Below are positions 35,967-44,924 of a stretch of 64,000 nt of DNA, piece by piece. The notes under the pieces are model-generated. The model was not told the DNA's origin, ran no database searches, and saw only the letters and a list, made by a program, of their open reading frames with translations. Each line of letters opens with the position of its first letter. Positions within the stretch are counted from its first letter, which is position 1. The stretch is from the IMG/VR virus record IMGVR_UViG_3300037464_000047; one strand, written 5' to 3'. This stretch comes from a virus. A program made the translations under genes and the position numbers.

Positions 35967-36496
35967 GCGGCTTCTTCCTCCTTCATGGTCTTGTAAATGG
36001 CAGCAATGTGAGGCTCCAGCTCCTCCGGGGTATCATTCATGAAGCTGTCAGCCGCCCTCTGAACTACCCCCCTGTCGGCAACGTAGAGATCGTACTGATC
36101 GTATGCACAGGGGTACTTCACGTTCCGACGAGAGTAGGCCTTCGGGTCGAACGTCTCCCCCTCTACGTGCAGCCAGACGTGCTCGATCTCGGGCTCGACC
36201 GGATTGAGGCCCCGAGCAACGCCGACGACACGCTCGACGGGCAACCCCAGTCGTCTCGACACCTCGTAAACCACGTACGCGACATCCCCACAGGAGGCGC
36301 TCAACCAGTCGTTTCGCCTGTGAGCCAGGTCCGAGATTCGCTTCACCTTCTCAGCGGCAGGGGTCTGAAGGTTTTGAAAAGGAGCTCGGTAGTGGAAGCC
36401 CCGCTTCGTAACCTCCACCATCTCCCACGTGTCTCGGAGTTCTGGCTCGATCTCCGGCAAGGGCATCCGTTCCAACCAAGGAGCGTCGTGCGTCAT
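35945..36496 (-). CDS. Transglutaminase/papain-like protein, paralog 3
   Basis: ASCG...GLPVERVVG...HVWL...FDP; start MTHDAP (ATGA). Confidence 0.6.
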   Translation of the reverse strand: MTHDAPWLERMPLPEIEPELRDTWEMVEVTKRGFHYRAPFQNLQTPAAEKVKRISDLAHRRNDWLSASCGDVAYVVYEVSRRLGLPVERVVGVARGLNPVEPEIEHVWLHVEGETFDPKAYSRRNVKYPCAYDQYDLYVADRGVVQRAADSFMNDTPEELEPHIAAIYKTMKEEEAACTRSES

Positions 36497-36858
36497 TCGT
36501 CGATGTCGAGGACGTGTTCCGGACCGAAGCAGACCTCCCCTCCATCCCGGATGAAATCGTAGACGACGGCGGGATCGTTGTTCAGGATGCCTTGATACTT
36601 CGTGGGAGCTCCGTCCTTGGCCTCGACCTTCGTGACCTTGACCCACATACGTTCGCCAGAGAGCTCCTGACCGATGCCGATGGCCGGGGCATAGGCCGTC
36701 TCCCCCTTCTCGTCCACGAGCTCGAAGCCGACCTTCACGTAGAGTCCCTCCCGGATTCCCTTCTCCCGCTCCTTCTTCGATGGGATGTGGAAAGTCGTCG
36801 GCGCCTCCCGGTTCCTCAGCTCACCATTCAACAGCTCATACCTCACTGCCTTGCCCAT
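36493..36858 (-). CDS. DUF2314 (YegJ-like) domain protein
   Basis: ERMWVKV...YQGILNNDP...V.FGPEHVLD. Confidence 0.75.
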   Translation of the reverse strand: MGKAVRYELLNGELRNREAPTTFHIPSKKEREKGIREGLYVKVGFELVDEKGETAYAPAIGIGQELSGERMWVKVTKVEAKDGAPTKYQGILNNDPAVVYDFIRDGGEVCFGPEHVLDIDE

Positions 36859-36867
36859 GACACCTCC

Positions 36868-37362
36868 CTACCTCAAGTTCTTACTTCGCCACTCTCGACG
36901 CTGTATGACCTTCGTGATCTTCTTCTGGAAGTTGTACAAGGTCTCTGGTGCATAGATCGCCTGGAACCCTGGAGCAACCGGCGCCTTGACGGGAAACGCT
37001 GTTGCGAGGAGAGCGAGCGCAGGGCGCTCCAGAACCTTATCCCTCCAGAACTCCCCGAACTTCTTGAGCCTGTATTCCTTGTGAGGAGGCCAGAAGTCGA
37101 TTCCCCCTATCAACGTAAACAGCCGCCGCTCTATGTCCTCTTCTCGTAACTCGAAGACATGAGGGACCTGGAGAGGCGCAGGCGCGAACAGGAGGGCCGG
37201 CTCTATCCTCGTCATGGTACAGAACTCCCGGTAGGGAAAGTCATGGCGTCCCTCCGAGATGAGATCCATGACTTTCAGATCCGGCCGTTGCTCCTTGACC
37301 GCTTCTTCGAGCATCTGGACCAGAAGCTGCGTGTCCCAGACATGTTCGTGTTGATGGCTCAT
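36868..37362 (-). CDS. Hypothetical protein
   Basis: ATGA-coupled. Confidence 0.65.
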   Translation of the reverse strand: MSHQHEHVWDTQLLVQMLEEAVKEQRPDLKVMDLISEGRHDFPYREFCTMTRIEPALLFAPAPLQVPHVFELREEDIERRLFTLIGGIDFWPPHKEYRLKKFGEFWRDKVLERPALALLATAFPVKAPVAPGFQAIYAPETLYNFQKKITKVIQRREWRSKNLR

Positions 37363-38426
37363 GACATCCCCCGGAAGCCGTTGGGCTCGATGCGTTGACG
37401 CATCCAGTGCCCGTGAGTGTGGACGTGCCCTTCACGCACGTACTTCCCTACCACGTTCCGGAAGTCGGCGTAGCGGAAGGTCGTGCGCAGTCGGATGACA
37501 TACCCCTCTACCTCGGAGCTGAAGGGACTCTTGTAGGCGGCGAACGCCTCCTTAATCCTCTTCTCGTCGTAGAGGCCTTCGTAGAGCACGGGGACATGAG
37601 GGAGTCCCAGGAGGTCGAGCCACTCCAGGGTCTCATCCCACCCCAGGCACCAGTTCTTCTCGTCCCAGACGCTGAACCCCATGACGCAGGAGGGCAGGTC
37701 TTCGTGTCCTGGTCCGCCATACTTGATGGAGTGCTTGGCGAAGAGGTTCTCCACGCACACCCGCCAGAAGTCCGGGATGTCGTGCGCGATACGACCGTGG
37801 ATGGCCTTCGCGTAGGCGCGGCTGGGGTGACCCCCGGAGTCGACGCTCCGTGCGTGGATGTGATCGCGATACATGGTCGTGTTCTCCCCATCCATCTTGA
37901 TGGTGACGACGACCTCCGAGCCCTCGAACATCTTCGTGTTCGGGAGCACCCGGTCATCCTTCCCAACCCCCGGACTCCAGGGGAGGTGGTAGGTGCGAGG
38001 GTACTTCACCCAGTGCGTGAAGAGGGGCAGAACGCCACCCTCCTTCAGGATCTTCTGGACGGACTCGTCGAAGAAGAGTTCGCCCCGGAGCCGCCGCCCA
38101 TCAGGCAGAAGGGGGTTGCCCCACTTGTCGTAGGGCTGGTCCGAGTAGAGGTGGGGTGGCAGGATGACCCGCTCGATGCCGGCGTCCTTGCGGAGGATCT
38201 CCGGCGAGATGCGGGTCTGCTCCGCGAGGATGTGACAGGGGCCGCACACGCTGGCCCCGTTGTCGAGGTAGTAGCCTCCGTCCGGGAACAGGCGCCGCTC
38301 CATGATGTGGTGCGCGTCTTGGGCAGGCTGCTTGCACACGACGCACTTGCTCTTGTCCCGAGCGAAGACGCATTGCCGGAAGGTATCCCGTTCGAGCAGG
38401 ATCGATTCGTTACGAAGAGGGCTCAT
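37359..38426 (-). CDS. HNH domain-RNA ligase fusion
   Basis: CVVC...DAHH...NG...CGPCH, then KYPRTYHLPWSPG, KMDGEN (motif I), EGYVIR and KYVR. Confidence 0.85.
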   Translation of the reverse strand: MSPLRNESILLERDTFRQCVFARDKSKCVVCKQPAQDAHHIMERRLFPDGGYYLDNGASVCGPCHILAEQTRISPEILRKDAGIERVILPPHLYSDQPYDKWGNPLLPDGRRLRGELFFDESVQKILKEGGVLPLFTHWVKYPRTYHLPWSPGVGKDDRVLPNTKMFEGSEVVVTIKMDGENTTMYRDHIHARSVDSGGHPSRAYAKAIHGRIAHDIPDFWRVCVENLFAKHSIKYGGPGHEDLPSCVMGFSVWDEKNWCLGWDETLEWLDLLGLPHVPVLYEGLYDEKRIKEAFAAYKSPFSSEVEGYVIRLRTTFRYADFRNVVGKYVREGHVHTHGHWMRQRIEPNGFRGMS

Positions 38427-38883
38427 GTTTCTCCTTCTTGGGTTGCTTCGGAGGGATCTTGTCGAGCAGTGGAAGCCCCCTGCTCTCGAACTCCTGGCGG
38501 ACGAACGCGATGGCCCGCTGGCACTGCTCCAGGGTGAAGTTGCCGAAGTGGGCCTCCTCCGTGAGCCCCATCTTCTCTTTCAACCACTGGTAGGCCGCAT
38601 CGCGCTTCCAGTTGATGGGACCACCCATCCAGAGCTGATCGAAGGCCGTGTGCGCCGCCTTCCGGGCGTCCTTCGTCTCGGCGGTCGCGGGCGTTCCCAT
38701 GGGCTCTCCGGTGGCCTTGTGCGCGCTGTGAGAGCCTCTGCACCCCGTCACGGCCCACTGGGTGCAGCCGTAGAAGACTCCGTACTGCGAGGGCTTGAGG
38801 GCCAGCGGAGCGCCGCATCCTGGCTCCGGGCACGTGAGATCATGCTCGGTGTACATCCGGCCGCCGATTTCAACCTGTCTCAC
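38410..38883 (-). CDS. Topoisomerase-type Zn ribbon plus DUF3268-like domain
   Basis: CPEPGCG...FYGCTQW...C, then PMGTPA...ARKAAHTAFDQLW...HFG; GTGA start. Confidence 0.7.
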   Translation of the reverse strand: MRQVEIGGRMYTEHDLTCPEPGCGAPLALKPSQYGVFYGCTQWAVTGCRGSHSAHKATGEPMGTPATAETKDARKAAHTAFDQLWMGGPINWKRDAAYQWLKEKMGLTEEAHFGNFTLEQCQRAIAFVRQEFESRGLPLLDKIPPKQPKKEKHEPSS

Positions 38884-39083
38884 GAAGTTCTCCTTCTCTG
38901 ACGTTCCTTGATGCGCTCCCACTCCTCCTCAGCGCGATCGAGCAGCTCACAGAGCTCGTCGAGGGTGATGTCCATGGACAAGCAGAGGCCCCGAGACTGG
39001 TCGGCGGTCAGACCGACTGCCTTGATCTCTGCCAGAAGACGTGGGAACTGAATCCGATCGTTCTCCCAATTCTCTTGGGACAT
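38880..39083 (-). CDS. Hypothetical protein (IQFPRLLAEI motif)
   Basis: Coupled ORF. Confidence 0.7.
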   Translation of the reverse strand: MSQENWENDRIQFPRLLAEIKAVGLTADQSRGLCLSMDITLDELCELLDRAEEEWERIKERQRRRTS

Positions 39084-39092
39084 GTTCTCCTC

Positions 39093-39323
39093 TCAAGCCC
39101 TCACTGCCTTAGGGCCACAGTGAGGGCAGTTCTTCTTGGTAAAGGTGATCCCAGCCAGTCGGGGGGCTGGAATCCGCATCGTCTCCCGGGCATGGACGGC
39201 CACGGGGTTCTCGGGTCGGTAGACCCCCGTGGCGTCGCAGTCCAGGCACCGGAAGTAGACCCCGCCGGCTTCGACCAGCTTCTTCTGTCCCTCGGCCAGC
39301 TTCTCCGGGTCCTGGGTACTCAT
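39093..39323 (-). CDS. Small Zn-ribbon protein
   Basis: CLDC...CPHC. Confidence 0.7.
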   Translation of the reverse strand: MSTQDPEKLAEGQKKLVEAGGVYFRCLDCDATGVYRPENPVAVHARETMRIPAPRLAGITFTKKNCPHCGPKAVRA

Positions 39324-39901
39324 GCAGGCTCCTCGTCACCTCGGTCGATGATGAAGGTCACGTCTCCCTTCACCAGCAGATAGATCTCATCGCCGTCCAG
39401 GCTGAAGACGCGGTAGGAGACGTCCGAGAGCATGTCGCTGCTCACGAGCTTCTCGGAGATGAGGTCGACGAAGGCCTCGGTGTCCTTACCGATGATCTCA
39501 TCGAGCTTGAGGGAGATGATCCCCTCGACGATGTTGGTCGGATTCCCTCGCGTGAGCTTGAGGAGCTCCTTGTGCGTGTAGGGCTTGAAGCACCGGGGGA
39601 AGGAGCGAACTCGTTCAAGCGGGACCTCGTTGCCCTCATCGTCCGTCCCCTGGAGGTACTCCCAGACCGGATGCGTCGGCGGGAGGGGAGTCCCGTCGTT
39701 CTCCCCGCGCAGCACGTAGAGGAGTTCGCTCCAGGGACTCACCTCGATATACGTGTCCTTGAGGATCGCGCCGAAGAGGTAGGAAATCTCCATGGAGAAT
39801 CGACTGCTGCTCCAGACCTCTGTGTTCTCGTAGAGGTGGTCGTAGAGCTCCCGGAGTAGAGCCATCTTCTCCAACTCGGTTCGCTCCTTGCGTTCGCTCA
39901 T
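39320..39901 (-). CDS. Hypothetical acidic protein
   Basis: Coupled ORF. Confidence 0.7.
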   Translation of the reverse strand: MSERKERTELEKMALLRELYDHLYENTEVWSSSRFSMEISYLFGAILKDTYIEVSPWSELLYVLRGENDGTPLPPTHPVWEYLQGTDDEGNEVPLERVRSFPRCFKPYTHKELLKLTRGNPTNIVEGIISLKLDEIIGKDTEAFVDLISEKLVSSDMLSDVSYRVFSLDGDEIYLLVKGDVTFIIDRGDEEPA

Positions 39902-40731
39902 CCCTCAATCCTCTTCCCCGCGCTGCAGCGGGTGCAGTGGTTCTTGTCCGGAGGCACCATGGCAAAGCAGGCGCCACATCTCACCCACCCCTCGGGCTCC
40001 CCGAACTGGTAGGGGCTCAGCCTCCCCTCCGATTTGAGGGCTGAGACCTTCTTCAGGAGATTCATCACTCCCGTCATGCTCTGCAGGGTGTCCCCAAGCC
40101 CTTCCTTCAAGGCGAGATCCATGATCCGGCTCGTGAGGGAGAAGGCGTCTGGCAGGTTCTGCAAGAACAGGTGCCGATGCTGCACCACCGCGACGAGCTT
40201 GCTCACGTCGTCGGCCGCGCAGCGCCAGTGGTCCGCTCTGTGGTCGAGCCAGGACATGACCGCATTCTGGTAGTCGACCTCCGGCCAGGGACAGCCGCAT
40301 TCTTTCCGGTGGGCTTCCACTGCCAGCTCATCCGAGCAGATTTCGAGCCCGTCCTGTCGGAATCGTCCGGAATCATCATCGGCCTCGATCTCGAAGGGGG
40401 AGCCCATGTGGATCCAACCGGGGCTGGAGTAGTACTTCATCTCTTCTTGCCCCCCCTCACGGACCCTCTCGGTGGTGCCGACCGGTCCGGAGTGGTGGAT
40501 GATTTGGAAGGTTCCCCCCTCAAGATCTTGGCAGGCACCCTCTACAGACCCCTTCGGAATGACCTGACCACCCAAAGTCTCCGCGTGCCACTTCTCCAGA
40601 TCTACACTCTTCCTCTCGTTGGACATGCTCCCTTCCATGTGCTTGACCCACCTTTTCAATCTTCTGGGATGCCGTCCGTAGATGATCATCCAGAGGCGAC
40701 GCTTCCAGTAGTCGCGTTCTTCTGACATCAT
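39898..40731 (-). CDS. Hypothetical protein with C-terminal Zn ribbon
   Basis: CGAC...CTRC; ATGA start at 40731. Confidence 0.65.
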   Translation of the reverse strand: MMSEERDYWKRRLWMIIYGRHPRRLKRWVKHMEGSMSNERKSVDLEKWHAETLGGQVIPKGSVEGACQDLEGGTFQIIHHSGPVGTTERVREGGQEEMKYYSSPGWIHMGSPFEIEADDDSGRFRQDGLEICSDELAVEAHRKECGCPWPEVDYQNAVMSWLDHRADHWRCAADDVSKLVAVVQHRHLFLQNLPDAFSLTSRIMDLALKEGLGDTLQSMTGVMNLLKKVSALKSEGRLSPYQFGEPEGWVRCGACFAMVPPDKNHCTRCSAGKRIEG

Positions 40732-41237
40732 GTCTCCTTCGAGCCGATGACAGGTGGCGTCACCGACTTCTTCATGAGCTCCTCGGCCTTCTCCGCAGGG
40801 ATGGCGTCGGCTGGCAAAAGGCCAGGCGGGAACTCCCGCTGCCCTGTAGTGCTCGTGCTCCCAGCGACCACCATCCGATCTTTGAAGCCGAAGGGGAGCT
40901 TGAAGGTCGTGAACACGAAGAGGTGGTACTGGTTCGAGGTGTCTACCAGGCGAGACTCCGCCGGGTAGACCTCCACCGCCTCGTACTCGGGCCCGATGAT
41001 CTCGTTCTTGATGCGCTGCAGCTCCCGCCAGTCGTGCCGGGGCTGCTTGTCGTGCGTCTTGATGGAGAGGTGGAAGTACTCCCCGAAGGGCTCGGCTTGA
41101 CCGCACCAGACCGCCACTTGGTAGATGCTGTTCTTGAGGATGAAAGGCCTCGGGCTCCCCCCCGGCCAGTTCTCATTGGAGCAGGGCATGAATTTCGTCC
41201 ACGCGACCTTGTCCCAGTCCTTCTTCTTCTTGTTCAT
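40728..41237 (-). CDS. Conserved phage protein (DUF7694-like)
   Basis: HLSIK...DWRELQRIKNEIIGPEYEAVEVYPAESRLVDTSNQYHL. Confidence 0.7.
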   Translation of the reverse strand: MNKKKKDWDKVAWTKFMPCSNENWPGGSPRPFILKNSIYQVAVWCGQAEPFGEYFHLSIKTHDKQPRHDWRELQRIKNEIIGPEYEAVEVYPAESRLVDTSNQYHLFVFTTFKLPFGFKDRMVVAGSTSTTGQREFPPGLLPADAIPAEKAEELMKKSVTPPVIGSKET

Positions 41238-41306
41238 GAAACCTCCTGAGGTGTAAAAGAGGTGCGTGTACCGACCACGCGACCTCGGCTCTGTCACTTG
41301 TGGTGC

Positions 41307-42476
41307 TCAGCGACTGCCAACGCGCTTCCCCTGGATGACACCAGAAGCCTCCGGAGCAGGGCGAGGGGGCGGGGTGGGCGCATCCACCTGCTCCAGGGAC
41401 CAGACGTTCGGAGCGTCCTCCATGGGGAAGTGGAACTCCTCCTTCGCGTTGATCATCATCGGGGTGCCCGGCTTGCCCGTGTAGCCGTGCGCGCGAGCCA
41501 GGGCCTGGACCTGGCCAAGCCGAGGCCGGGAGAAGCTGATCACGAACCACTCCAGATCCGGAGCGCCCTTCATCTCCGGCTCCCCGTCAGGCCACTTCAC
41601 GAAGGAGATCTGCAGGGACGGGTCTCCCTTCAGTGTCCGTTCCACCTCCTTCACGAACACATGCGAGCGCTGCCGGAAGAAACCCAGGATGAAAACCACC
41701 CGGTCCGGGTGCTTCTTCGCGTAGACCCGGAGGCTCTCCCCCGTGAGGATGAGGGGCATCTTGAGCGTCTTGCCGTCGTACCCCATGTCGAGCAGAACGG
41801 TAGTGGCGTGCGTCTTGATCCACTCGTTCGGGGATTTCATCCCCTCGGCCTGGCGCAGGATCTCCGTGTAGAGCGTGCGCTCGGCCTCATCCCGAGGGGG
41901 CTCGGACTCCAGCACCAGCGTCTTCAGGGCCCAGAGCACCGAGAGGGGGAGCGGGGCGGAGATGCCGGGGTCATCGCTGAAGACGGACTGGTCGACCATC
42001 CAGATGCCCTGCTTGTACTCCTCCGTGTTGAGCATCTCCGTGATGGTTCCTTCCGGTGCATCCGCCGAGCACTTCTCCGGGGGGCTGATGGCGTAGTGGT
42101 AGCGGCACGACGATGGGCGGACGTCGTAGATGGTGCAAGCCTTGGACTCGGGATCCAGGAACGTGCAGGGGAGCCGCTTGCGGAAGTAGCTGTCCTTCCC
42201 GATACCCATGTAGTCGTTCTGGATCGCGTCCGCCCTCAACTTGGGCAGGAGCGTGGGGAGCAGAAGCCGCCACCGAGGGTCGCTGAGTAGATGGTTCGCG
42301 ATGTAGAGGGCCTCCGTGCGTTGCACCAGGTTCAACATCGTGCAGCAGCTCCAGCAGCCCTTCTTACAGGACACCCGCACCAGGCCCAGGCGCTCCTGAA
42401 GAGGGGCCTCATAGCGGGCGTAGAGCTGACGGAGTACATCGAACGCGTGGACGGTCTCTTGGTCTTGCTGGGCCAT
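41307..42476 (-). CDS. YkgJ-family (CxxxCxxCC) cysteine-cluster protein with C-terminal extension
   Basis: CKKGCWSCC...CTFL...CTIYDVRPSSCR; promoter at 42516. Confidence 0.8.
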   Translation of the reverse strand: MAQQDQETVHAFDVLRQLYARYEAPLQERLGLVRVSCKKGCWSCCTMLNLVQRTEALYIANHLLSDPRWRLLLPTLLPKLRADAIQNDYMGIGKDSYFRKRLPCTFLDPESKACTIYDVRPSSCRYHYAISPPEKCSADAPEGTITEMLNTEEYKQGIWMVDQSVFSDDPGISAPLPLSVLWALKTLVLESEPPRDEAERTLYTEILRQAEGMKSPNEWIKTHATTVLLDMGYDGKTLKMPLILTGESLRVYAKKHPDRVVFILGFFRQRSHVFVKEVERTLKGDPSLQISFVKWPDGEPEMKGAPDLEWFVISFSRPRLGQVQALARAHGYTGKPGTPMMINAKEEFHFPMEDAPNVWSLEQVDAPTPPPRPAPEASGVIQGKRVGSR

Positions 42477-42516
42477 TCGGCCTCCTTGAAAAGGGGAGTT
42501 CCCCTGTGACCACTCC

Positions 42517-42834
42517 TTATCCCAACTTCCTACGCAGAGCTGCATCCAGGAACTCCTGGATCAGAAGGGTCTGCCGGGGCGGCAGGTCCACCCGGCTTGC
42601 CAACAAGGTCCCCAAAGCTACAAACGCCTCGAAGAGCTCCGTACTTTCGAGGGGTTGCTTCGTCCGACCGTCAAAGTTCTCGACCAAGACACCTTTTGTC
42701 CCTTCCGCCTTAGGGCCGCGCAGAAAGCCGATGAGGACGAGGGCGTCATAGCCTCCCTTCCTCTCTTGCTTCAGCTCCTCGGCCGTGAATTCCCCTGCCT
42801 TGAGGTCAAGCGCCAAATGGTATCGATCGTTCAC
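42517..42834 (-). CDS. Hypothetical protein
   Basis: Coupled ORF. Confidence 0.65.
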   Translation of the reverse strand: MNDRYHLALDLKAGEFTAEELKQERKGGYDALVLIGFLRGPKAEGTKGVLVENFDGRTKQPLESTELFEAFVALGTLLASRVDLPPRQTLLIQEFLDAALRRKLG

Positions 42835-43610
42835 GAGAGTTCCTCCGCATCAAGTTCTTCATCCACCTCGCCGGCGTCGAGCTCGACCTGGGACCAGTCG
42901 GAGACCTGTCCACGAAGATCCAAGATCACGGGCCGGTTCTCGTCACCGTTGAGGAGGTCGAACACGCGCAGCTTCGGTTCGGCCGGGTCAAACAGGTAGC
43001 CCCACTCGATCACGCCGGAGTTGGGATGTACGTTCAGAGGACTCCACTTGCCTAACCAGGCAGGAGTGAGCTGCGCACGACTCAGCTCTCCCCCCTCCAG
43101 GGGCTTTCCGTGATGATGGAAGTCCATCTCCGGGTCTGGAATGCCTTTCTGCTCGAAATTCTGCAGCGCCTTGAGCTGCACATCCAAGTCAAACTGAGAA
43201 CCTCCCTGGGAGGTAACGAGCTCGGTCAGTGCTTCCCGAGTGAGCGCGAAGTCCGCTCGGGTTTGGTAGGCGCTCTCATAGGGCAGGAGAAAATGCCCGA
43301 TGGCCTGGGCCGCAGCGTTCCCTACCCTCTTCCCACAGTAGACACAGCGGCCTCGGGTCACGAAGAGGCCCCACTCGTCGTACTGCAAGAGGAGGTCAAT
43401 GAACTCTCCATGCGTCAACGAGCTCCAGGTGCCCTTCCGACCCTGTCTCAAGACCCGTTGCTGATACGTCTTGAAGACTTCGAACCCCAAACCTGCCGGG
43501 TTCGAATTCCGGTAGTTGCGCAGGCCTATGAAGTTCTGCAGGTTCGTCCCCACCCCCACGAAACCGAAGTCCTCGTTCAAGGTCGACGGATTCGGATCCC
43601 GACCATTCAT
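42831..43610 (-). CDS. Hypothetical protein
   Basis: CVYC; IEWGYLFD; start MNGRDP with GGAGG RBS. Confidence 0.65.
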   Translation of the reverse strand: MNGRDPNPSTLNEDFGFVGVGTNLQNFIGLRNYRNSNPAGLGFEVFKTYQQRVLRQGRKGTWSSLTHGEFIDLLLQYDEWGLFVTRGRCVYCGKRVGNAAAQAIGHFLLPYESAYQTRADFALTREALTELVTSQGGSQFDLDVQLKALQNFEQKGIPDPEMDFHHHGKPLEGGELSRAQLTPAWLGKWSPLNVHPNSGVIEWGYLFDPAEPKLRVFDLLNGDENRPVILDLRGQVSDWSQVELDAGEVDEELDAEELS

Positions 43611-43625
43611 GTTGCACCTCCTTCG

Positions 43626-43665
43626 AAAAAGAAGACCCCGGAGAGACCGAAGTCTCTCCGGGGTC
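43626..43665 (-). terminator. Intrinsic terminator
   Basis: 14-bp perfect stem with C(UUCG)G loop and TCTTCTTTTT on the minus strand. Confidence 0.85.
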
Positions 43666-43685
43666 GTGTCGGACAATTGGGTATC

Positions 43686-43934
43686 CTACGACGACTTCTT
43701 CGCTGACTTCTTCGCTTCTTCCTGCCAATCCTGAAACGTATCGAGACATTCGGCGCTGCACATGGGAATGGGGTGCCCGCCACCCTTGTCCAACAGACGC
43801 CACCCGGTCCTGGTTTTGTCGCAAACGAAGCAGGGAAAGTAGCGTTCCGTACGCTCCAAAGGAGTACCCGGAACAGGTCCAAAAGGTGCGTTGGGCAGAG
43901 CCTCCGAGAACTTCACCGTGGTCACCTCTACCAA
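43686..43934 (-). CDS. Small Zn-binding protein (TRASH-like)
   Basis: CFVC...CSAEC. Confidence 0.6.
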   Translation of the reverse strand: MVEVTTVKFSEALPNAPFGPVPGTPLERTERYFPCFVCDKTRTGWRLLDKGGGHPIPMCSAECLDTFQDWQEEAKKSAKKSS

Positions 43935-44072
43935 GAGTTAAGGATTGTACCTCGGAGGGTGCGGCAGCCCCCAGTCACAGGTGACTACCTCTCCCCGAAC
44001 GTCGGAGGGGATCCCTATACTGCGTAGGATCCCCGAGGTACTGTACTTCCCCGACACTCCAGGAGCCCCAAG

Positions 44073-44261
44073 ATGCCTCACTTCGAGAGGATCTTCTTGT
44101 GCAAGACTTGCCGGGTGCCTGCGGTGGCGACCCTGTTCATGCAGGGCGTGACGATCGTAGAGTGCCCGAAGTGCAAGGCCGGTGAGATGTGGGGCGAGGT
44201 CGAGTCACTCCCGACCCCGGACCCTTTCACTCACGCGGACCGAAAGGCGGTAGCGTGCTAA
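44073..44261 (+). CDS. Small Zn-ribbon protein
   Basis: CKTC...CPKC; RBS AGGAG. Confidence 0.65.
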   Translation: MPHFERIFLCKTCRVPAVATLFMQGVTIVECPKCKAGEMWGEVESLPTPDPFTHADRKAVAC

Positions 44262-44494
44262 CGCCGCGATGCACGGGTCCGTTCGAACGGAACCTTGTGC
44301 TGCTCCATGATGTCTTGTAGCGCGCCCCATGCCGTCTCCGAGAGGCTGCCGAGAATCTCCGGATTCCCCCACACCCATGTGAGGTAGTTCGGGTCACTCT
44401 CAGCCACCTCTCGGAGGCTTTTGCCTGGATGCTTACCTCCCGCGCCGAAGCAGAACTCGCCCCGCTCGGCGCTCCATTCGACCATCGCCGTCAT
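44258..44494 (-). CDS. DUF3820/ExoX C-terminal-like small protein
   Basis: GKHPGKSLREVAESDPNYLTW. Confidence 0.6.
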   Translation of the reverse strand: MTAMVEWSAERGEFCFGAGGKHPGKSLREVAESDPNYLTWVWGNPEILGSLSETAWGALQDIMEQHKVPFERTRASRR

Positions 44495-44500
44495 GAGACC

Positions 44501-44827
44501 TCACGCTGCGGGGCGAGCTCCTCCCCGGTGCGCCCGGGAGCTGGTGGCCTCCACCTGCCGCCGGACCTTGTTCACGCCATGCTTTATGCCCTGGGCGTAA
44601 AGCTCCGCCTCGTTCTTCGTCAACACTCGCCAGGCGTAATCCCTCTGCTCCTCCCGGAGCTTCTTGTAGAGGCTGAACGCCGCCGTTCGGCCTCGGATAT
44701 ATGGACCCCCCTCTCGGGTCCACTCTTCCTCATCGTGCAACTTCTTCTGCAGGACGTAGAGCTCCTGCTCCATGTCCCTCATGGTCGGAATCAACACGTT
44801 CTCAGCACTGCTTGGCTGCGAGGACAT
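44501..44827 (-). CDS. Coiled-coil hypothetical protein
   Basis: Last ORF before the strand switch; start uncertain. Confidence 0.55.
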   Translation of the reverse strand: MSSQPSSAENVLIPTMRDMEQELYVLQKKLHDEEEWTREGGPYIRGRTAAFSLYKKLREEQRDYAWRVLTKNEAELYAQGIKHGVNKVRRQVEATSSRAHRGGARPAA

Positions 44828-44889
44828 AGATCACTGCACTCCTTTCTGCTGGTACAGCAACGGGGGAAAGTAGGGTCAACAAGACGCTG

Positions 44890-44918
44890 TTGCGCACCCA
44901 CTTTGGGGGGGATACATT
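44890..44918 (+). promoter_or_regulatory. Sigma70-type promoter
   Basis: TTGCGC-17 nt-TACATT; predicted +1 at about 44925 coincides with the start of the first closing stem of the RNA. Confidence 0.7.
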
Positions 44919-44924
44919 CAAAAT

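Noticed and set aside
37036-37043. CTTATCCC copies inside CDSs (also 46937 and a TTTATCCC variant at 26612)
   Set aside because: Intragenic and lacking the AAA element at the right spacing; compatible with chance or codon constraints
43496-43512. tRNA T-arm-like CCGGG-TTCGAAT-TCCGG
   Set aside because: No matching acceptor stem, D-arm or anticodon arm; it lies inside a minus-strand CDS
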